Of a DNA stretch of 64,000 nucleotides, positions 59,829 through 64,000 are shown one piece after another. The DNA lies in contig DVOH01000024.1 in NCBI GenBank assembly GCA_018713745.1, positions 1,116 through 65,115 of the forward strand. Direction: 5' to 3'. The DNA comes from Candidatus Stercoripulliclostridium merdipullorum (GTDB lineage: Bacteria; Bacillota; Clostridia; Christensenellales; DTU072). Both the position numbers and the translations under genes were made by a program. The notes beneath the pieces are model-generated. The model was not told where the DNA came from, did no database searches, and saw nothing but the letters and a program-made list of their open reading frames with translations. Within the stretch, counting starts at the first letter, position 1; each line of letters begins with the position of its first letter.

Positions 59829-60673
59829 TGGTAGGCATCAAGTTCCGTACGGGACAAAAAGTATACTATTTCGACCCTGCGGGAGAAGAGTTCAAAGAGG
59901 GCGACAGCGCGATTCTGGAGACGGCGCGCGGCATCGAATACGGCAAAGTTGCTTTCGGCAACCGCGAGGTCGACGACAAAGAGGTTGTACCGCCCTTAAA
60001 ACCCGTGATCCGCAAGGCGACGCCGAAGGACGACGAACAGCATCGGCGCAATATCGCCGATCGCGAGAGACTGATGGACGGTGCAATCAAGCGCGTTGCC
60101 GCGCACGAACTGCCGATGAAGATCGTCGACGCCGAATACACCTTCGACCGTTCCAAAGTGATCATTTATTTCACGGCGGAAAACCGTATCGACTTCCGCG
60201 AACTGGTCAAAGATCTTGCCGCGCTGTTTCGGGTACGGATCGAGCTCAGGCAGATTTACGAGCGGGACGATATCAAGCTGCGCGGTGCGTTGGCTTCGTG
60301 CGGCAGACCGTGCTGTTGCATCACGCATCTCCAGAATTACGACAAAGTCAGCATCAAAATGGCAAAGGTGCAGGGCTTGAGCCTCAACCCCGGCAAAATC
60401 AGCGGATGTTGCGGCAAGCTGATGTGCTGTCTGCGTTACGAAAACGACTATTACCAAGAAACGTTCAAAAAAATGCCCAAGATCAACTCGACCGTCACGA
60501 CGCCCGAGGGAGAGGGGACGGCGACGGCGCACAATATGCTGAAGCAAACGGTCCGAGTCCGTCTGAACAAAGGGGACGGCAGTACGGAGATCAAAGATTT
60601 CCCGCTGGAAGAACTGCGGTTCCGCAAAGCGCAGCAAGGGGGCGGCAAGAAAGAGGAAGAAGCCGAAGAATAA
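59819..60673 (+). CDS. yaaT: PSP1-domain protein RicT/YaaT
   Basis: RIDFRELVKDLA, CGRPCCC, KISGCCGKLMCCL.YE motifs. Confidence 0.93.
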   Translation: MAIVVGIKFRTGQKVYYFDPAGEEFKEGDSAILETARGIEYGKVAFGNREVDDKEVVPPLKPVIRKATPKDDEQHRRNIADRERLMDGAIKRVAAHELPMKIVDAEYTFDRSKVIIYFTAENRIDFRELVKDLAALFRVRIELRQIYERDDIKLRGALASCGRPCCCITHLQNYDKVSIKMAKVQGLSLNPGKISGCCGKLMCCLRYENDYYQETFKKMPKINSTVTTPEGEGTATAHNMLKQTVRVRLNKGDGSTEIKDFPLEELRFRKAQQGGGKKEEEAEE

Positions 60674-60745
60674 TCAAAGTCTTGACAAATCCCGGGGGCA
60701 ATGCTAATATAATGATAACACCACTCAATTAAAAGGAGAACAACT

Positions 60746-60919
60746 ATGGCTTATGTAATCAATCAGGACACCTGTGTCGGTTGCGGCACTTGTGAAGGCG
60801 AATGCCCCGTATCGGCGATTTCCGCGAACGGCGATAAATATGCAATCGACGCAAGCGCTTGCATCGACTGCGGTTCGTGTGCCGGCGTCTGCCCCACCGA
60901 AGCGATCAGCGCCGAATAA
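60746..60919 (+). CDS. 2[4Fe-4S] ferredoxin (57 aa; absent from the ORF track)
   Basis: Translated manually: MAYVINQDTCVGCGTCEGECPVSAI...CIDCGSCAGVCPTEAISAE. SD AAGGAG; promoter TTGACA-17-TAATAT (60682-60710). Confidence 0.95.
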   Translation: MAYVINQDTCVGCGTCEGECPVSAISANGDKYAIDASACIDCGSCAGVCPTEAISAE

Positions 60920-60925
60920 TCGGTT

Positions 60926-62965
60926 TTGTTCGATCCGACAAAAATGCGCCCCGACGGGTCGCATTTTTTAGTTTTAGGAGAAAGCGGGGATCCCGTTGCC
61001 TTTCCCGTGACGGAAGAGCGGTTTTCCGCGGCGCTGCAAAGCGGTGATCTCGACGGCATTTGTCGCGCCTACGAAAAAGGTTGCGAGGCGCGTCGTCGCG
61101 CGTACAATACGGACAAGTGGCGGCATCGCAAAATTCCGCCCGAAGCCGTCGCAACCGTGACCCAGCTGTTCACTCCCGAAAGTCTTGCCGATTATATTGC
61201 GGCAAATGCCTGTCGCACGCAGACAAATATTGCCGATTCGCCGTTTGTCGATTGCGGGAGCAACGGTTCGACTTGCGGCAAAGGGGCGGTATCGCTGCTC
61301 GATCCCGCCGTCGGGTGCGGGATGCTGATGCACGCCGCGGCAAAGGCGTTGTTCGGGACGCCTTCTTGCATCACGGACGAAATCCGCCGTTGGGTCGGCG
61401 CGCATTGGGTGGGTTTCGACATCGACCCGGGCGCGGCATCCGTCGCCATGCGGTGGATGAAGGAGTACTGGGGACTTTGCCCCCGCTTTTATGTACTTTG
61501 CAAACCGACGGAAGAGTATCTCGAAGCGTTACGAGTTGCCGCACCGACACTGGCGGAACCCCTGCAGAGCGTAGGAATTGCGGGTGCGCTGAGTCGCTTG
61601 TCACTCGGGGACTTCGACGGGGTCGAAGTGGGGGAGAACGTTCGGGCGGAGCATTATGCCTTTTCGGAAGCCGCGCGCGCTTTGTCTTGCCGCTATGACG
61701 TCGTGCTGGTCAATCCGCCGTATCTTTCTTCTTCCGATTATCCCGATGCCCTCCGCGCTTTTTTGCAAAAGGAATATCCCGATTTCCGACGCGATCTTGC
61801 GGGTGCGTTTCTTGCCCGCGCCGTCGATTGGCTTTGTGCCGACGGCGCCCTCGGCGTCGTCTGTCCCTACGGAATCCTGACGATCAAGCAGTTTGCGCCG
61901 GTCAGAAAACTTCTTTTGCGTGAGACGACGTTTGTCACGCTGACGCAGTTGCAGGTGACGAGCTATCGGCGCGCCGTCGTAGGGCTTGCCGCTTTTGTCG
62001 TCCTGAACGGGCGGAATCGGAGTTCCAAAGGAAGTTTTTTACTGATTCCCGATCGCCGCGGTATCTCGGAGCGCCTCCGATCGATTTGCCGATCGCCCGA
62101 CAGTCCTTATCGGTTTTCGGTCGGGCAGGAGCGATTTGAGGCGACGCCCAATCAGGCGATGCTGTTTTCGCTTTCGCCCGCAGCATTCGACTGCTATCGG
62201 GGCGCGCGTCTCTCCGACGTCATGGAGATTCGGCAGGGGCTTGCGACCGGCAACAACGCCGCATTTCTCCGTCCGGCGTCCGAGGTTCCCGCCGACCGGA
62301 TTGCCGATGCCGTCAGCATCGAGGACTTCGATCGGCAGGGGTTGCCGTACGCACGCTATCTCAAAGGGGGTAGGTTTCGCAAGTGGTACGGCAATTTCGA
62401 TTACGTCATCCGATTTGACCCGGAAGCGCGCGCACGCCTTGCCGAGAGCGGCAACCGTATGCCGTCGCGGCAATATTATTTCAAACCCTGCATTACCTGG
62501 ACGCTGGTTTCGTCCAAAGGCGTTTTCGGCGCGCGTCTTGCCGAAGGCTGTGTGTTCGACGTCGGCGGTTCGTGCGGATTCGTCAAAGACGGGCATGATC
62601 GTCTGGTCGTACTCGCTTATCTTTGCAGCAAGGTGGCAACCTATTTTCTCAATGCCCAAAATCCCACCGCAAACGTACAGGTCGGCGATCTTAAGGCGCT
62701 TCCGTACCTTCCCCCCGATCCCGCCCTGGCGGCAAAACTTCACGATCTTGCCGCCCGTTGCGTTGCGGTCGCCCGCGACGATTGGCAGGATTATGCCGCC
62801 AACGTTTCGGTGCCGCCCGAAGTCCATCGGGCACGATTTTCGGCACTGAAAGAAGCCGAAACCGAGATCAACCGCTTATTGATTGACCGTTACGGATTGT
62901 CGGACGTTCTGACGCCCGACGTCCCCGAACGTTTGATTACGCTGAAATCAGGAGGTTCCCGTTGA
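60926..62965 (+). CDS. N6-adenine DNA methyltransferase, BREX PglX-like, shortened (start uncertain)
   Basis: KIP...VTQLFTP, motif I LLDPAVGCG, motif IV YDVVLVNPPY, QGLATGNN..FLR, KGG.FRKWYGN.DYVI, FDVGG motifs. Confidence 0.82.
   Translation: MFDPTKMRPDGSHFLVLGESGDPVAFPVTEERFSAALQSGDLDGICRAYEKGCEARRRAYNTDKWRHRKIPPEAVATVTQLFTPESLADYIAANACRTQTNIADSPFVDCGSNGSTCGKGAVSLLDPAVGCGMLMHAAAKALFGTPSCITDEIRRWVGAHWVGFDIDPGAASVAMRWMKEYWGLCPRFYVLCKPTEEYLEALRVAAPTLAEPLQSVGIAGALSRLSLGDFDGVEVGENVRAEHYAFSEAARALSCRYDVVLVNPPYLSSSDYPDALRAFLQKEYPDFRRDLAGAFLARAVDWLCADGALGVVCPYGILTIKQFAPVRKLLLRETTFVTLTQLQVTSYRRAVVGLAAFVVLNGRNRSSKGSFLLIPDRRGISERLRSICRSPDSPYRFSVGQERFEATPNQAMLFSLSPAAFDCYRGARLSDVMEIRQGLATGNNAAFLRPASEVPADRIADAVSIEDFDRQGLPYARYLKGGRFRKWYGNFDYVIRFDPEARARLAESGNRMPSRQYYFKPCITWTLVSSKGVFGARLAEGCVFDVGGSCGFVKDGHDRLVVLAYLCSKVATYFLNAQNPTANVQVGDLKALPYLPPDPALAAKLHDLAARCVAVARDDWQDYAANVSVPPEVHRARFSALKEAETEINRLLIDRYGLSDVLTPDVPERLITLKSGGSR
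60940..60969 (+). terminator. Terminator after the ferredoxin gene
   Basis: aaaaatgcg-ccccgacgggt-cgcattttt. Confidence 0.65.
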
Positions 62966-63549
62966 AAATCATTCCGTTTGAAGAGCGTTACCGCGAAGAT
63001 GTCCGTGCCGTCTGCCGCGCCACGACGAGCGATGCCTTCCGTACCCCGAAAGGGGATCGCGCACTGATGTTGCTGTATTGCGACTATTATCTCGACTTTC
63101 ATCACGATACCACGCTGATTGCCGTCGACGAAGCGTCCGACCGCGCCGTCGGATATGTGATGTGCGCACCCGACTTTGCCGATTATACCGCAACCTATCG
63201 CAAGCATTATCTCCCCCGATTGCGCAAGGAGTGCGGTTGGCGTTACGATCTGATGAAACGCGGCGACTTTCTGTATTCGGCGCGGTTTGCCAAAGCGTAT
63301 CCCGCCCTTCTTCACATCGATATTTTGCCCGAAGCGCAACGGCAGGGCTTGGGTCACCGCCTGATCGACGCGCTGGTCGCCGTTCTGCGGCAACGAGGGG
63401 TCGGAGGCGTGTTTCTCAACGTGTCGGCAACCAACGAGAAGGGGGTCGGGTTCTATCGCAAGTACGGATTTCGTCCGTTGGAAAAAAAGTACGGCGGCAT
63501 CGTGTTCGGTCTGAAAACCGATCTTGACAAAGCGGAGTCGGCAAGGTAA
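62962..63549 (+). CDS. GNAT family N-acetyltransferase
   Basis: LHIDILPEAQRQGLG, N...VGFY.K.GF; TTG start overlapping the upstream stop. Confidence 0.9.
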   Translation: MKIIPFEERYREDVRAVCRATTSDAFRTPKGDRALMLLYCDYYLDFHHDTTLIAVDEASDRAVGYVMCAPDFADYTATYRKHYLPRLRKECGWRYDLMKRGDFLYSARFAKAYPALLHIDILPEAQRQGLGHRLIDALVAVLRQRGVGGVFLNVSATNEKGVGFYRKYGFRPLEKKYGGIVFGLKTDLDKAESAR

Positions 63550-63552
63550 AAT
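63524..63552 (+). promoter_or_regulatory. sigmaA promoter for transketolase
   Basis: TTGACA-17-TAAAAT. Confidence 0.65.
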
Positions 63553-63609
63553 AATTGCGTGATCGACCGGGGGCTTTGCCGTCACGGTCCGAAATTAAAG
63601 GGAGGCATT

Positions 63610-64000
63610 ATGGATTATCCTCAAATCAAAGCGTTTGCCAAAGAAATCAGAGTCAACATTGTCGACTGTATCGGAAGCCTCGGATCGGGGCATATCGGCG
63701 GATGTCTGTCGATTGCCGATCTGCTTGCCGTGCTGTACGGCAAACACATGCGCGTCGACCCCGCAAATCCCAAAAAAGAAGGGCGCGACCGTCTGGTCTG
63801 CAGCAAAGGTCACGCAGGCCCCGCGCTGTACGCGACGCTTGCCGAACTCGGCTTTTTCCCGAAGTCCGAGCTTGCCACGCTCAACCAAGGGGGTACGATG
63901 CTCCCCAGCCATTGCGATATGAACAAAACCCCGGGGATCGATATGACCGCGGGTTCGCTGGGGCAGGGCTTCAGCTGTGCCGTCGGCATCGCGATCGGGG
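63610..64000 (+). CDS. Transketolase, N-terminal subunit (3'-truncated by the window edge)
   Basis: SD GGAGG. Translated manually: MDYPQIK...SGHIGGCLS...RDRLVCSKGHAGPALYA...GSLGQG. Confidence 0.93.
   Translation, partial: MDYPQIKAFAKEIRVNIVDCIGSLGSGHIGGCLSIADLLAVLYGKHMRVDPANPKKEGRDRLVCSKGHAGPALYATLAELGFFPKSELATLNQGGTMLPSHCDMNKTPGIDMTAGSLGQGFSCAVGIAIG

Overview
64-kb chromosomal window from a moderately GC-rich Firmicute, probably an uncultured Clostridia-class anaerobe (inferred from gene content, sigmaA-type promoters and the yaaO-tmk-holB-yaaT order). Most of it is housekeeping: a complete pyr operon (pyrR-pyrB-pyrC-pyrF-carA-carB-pyrK-pyrD-pyrE), secA/prfB, mfd, tRNA-Arg(CCT), pdxK, mutY, an arg operon lacking argH, a partial myo-inositol cluster (MFS-iolB-iolD-iolE-iolG), dnaD/dnaC-like genes, an ABC exporter, greA-lysS-yaaO-tmk-holB-yaaT, a ferredoxin missed by the ORF track, and the start of a transketolase. 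I saw no CRISPR array, rRNA, integrase or transposase. The most unusual elements are: (1) a 1129-aa SbcC/Rad50-like protein that keeps its central zinc hook but has lost every ABC-ATPase motif and has no SbcD partner in the window; (2) a compact orphan BREX PglX-like methyltransferase; (3) an XRE repressor with two operators over a perfect-consensus promoter that appears to drive only a ~80-nt non-coding transcript; (4) an accessory islet after tRNA-Arg with a WYL-less wHTH gene and a modular Tudor/Zn-ribbon protein; (5) a tandem-SCP2-like protein paired with a HemL-like aminotransferase. All family assignments come from recognising motifs by eye; no database searches were run.
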